NCBI RefSeq assembly: GCF_006345805.1
Contig: NC_043004.1
Coordinates: 9,548,001 to 9,612,000, forward strand
DNA from: Octopus sinensis
Lineage: Eukaryota
Reading direction: 5' to 3'
Length of the DNA: 64,000 nucleotides
This document shows positions 63,227 to 64,000 of this stretch, in pieces. How positions within the stretch are numbered: the first letter of the stretch is position 1; every line of letters begins with the position of its first letter. The notes under the pieces are model-generated. The model saw only the letters and a list, made by a program, of their open reading frames with translations. It made no database searches and was not told where the DNA came from. Made by a program: the position numbers and the translations under genes.

Positions 63227-64000
63227 GTTTGACTTTTCCTTTGTATTTGAATAAGTTGCCAACAATGAGAGACACCATGTTAGAAGTCCATGGTGGTGTT
63301 ATGTCTAAGGTGTCATATATCTGGTTTTGTACATAGTATTGTTCTAGAGAATGTTTAAGAAAACATAAGAATATTTTGAGTTTGTTTTAATATTTGAGAT
63401 TACATAGACAGTATTTTACGTAGGATATGGGCAGTTCTCATGAGCACTATTTCTTGAATTTCTGCCATTTTGAAGTTTCCTTGTATCTGAGTTAGGTAGC
63501 AATCAGCTTCTTTTGCTATCATTCTTGGGGCACCTATGACAACAGGTATTGTTTTAGCCTTGAGGTTCTACATTTTGCCAATTTCTATTTCAAGATCATT
63601 ATACTTGCTCAAATTTTGATAGATCTTGACAGGTACATTTATATCGATTGGGACAGTCATATCAATGGGGAAGCATGATTTTTGTCTGAATTTTTTCAAT
63701 ATAATGTCTGGCCTATTCGCATCTATCTTTCTGTCAGTTTGAACGGTGAAGTTCCAGAGGAGTGACATGTGATCATTTTCAAGCACTGGAGGTGGCTTGT
63801 GTTCCCACTAGTTTTTATCATGGGGTAGGTCCAGGCTTTTGCAAATTACCAAGTGAATATATTGTGCTGCTCTATCATGGCTGTGAAGATACTCTGTAGG
63901 CGCAAGAAAACTACACAGGAAGACAACATGATCGATGGTTTCATTTTGTTGACATACTCGACATGCTGGGAAGCTACCGTTCTTTAATATGTTGGCCTGG
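63223..64000 (-). mobile_element. R4/Dong-like family A, runs off the window
   Basis: ORF 63568-63786 (LLWNFTVQTDRKIDANRPDIILK) and 3'UTR match 567-1400. Confidence 0.9.

Overview
Repeat-saturated, AT-rich eukaryotic (animal) DNA with no recognisable intact host gene. The SINE set and microsatellite load suggest an octopod cephalopod (inference). Almost all short ORFs in the track are microsatellite translations. The content falls into five groups. (1) Two clusters (1-10.9 kb and 59.7-64 kb) plus one internally deleted copy (39-41 kb) of R4/Dong-type non-LTR retrotransposons (RT + CCHC + restriction-like endonuclease). About eight lineages are present. In the two clusters they are 5'-truncated and almost always embedded in (TAA)n tracts on their sense strand; one copy keeps an uninterrupted RT-RLE frame. 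(2) A ~500-bp non-coding element with the same TAA targeting. (3) Four tRNA-derived SINE families, non-autonomous Helitrons, mariner and Tc1 relics, a MITE, a CR1 3' fragment and two Penelope-like RT relics. (4) Several palindromes and fold-backs, including a 561-bp tandem unit that inverts on itself. (5) The most notable finding: six apparently distinct short non-coding repeat families, read by eye, each carrying a type I hammerhead-ribozyme fold with a palindromic stem III. Their ribozyme-sense 3' ends run into (TA)n. They include a U3-A8 compensatory core variant and two hammerheads in tandem. All alignments and folds were done by eye; no searches or folding programs were run. A 100-N scaffold gap lies at 43838-43937.
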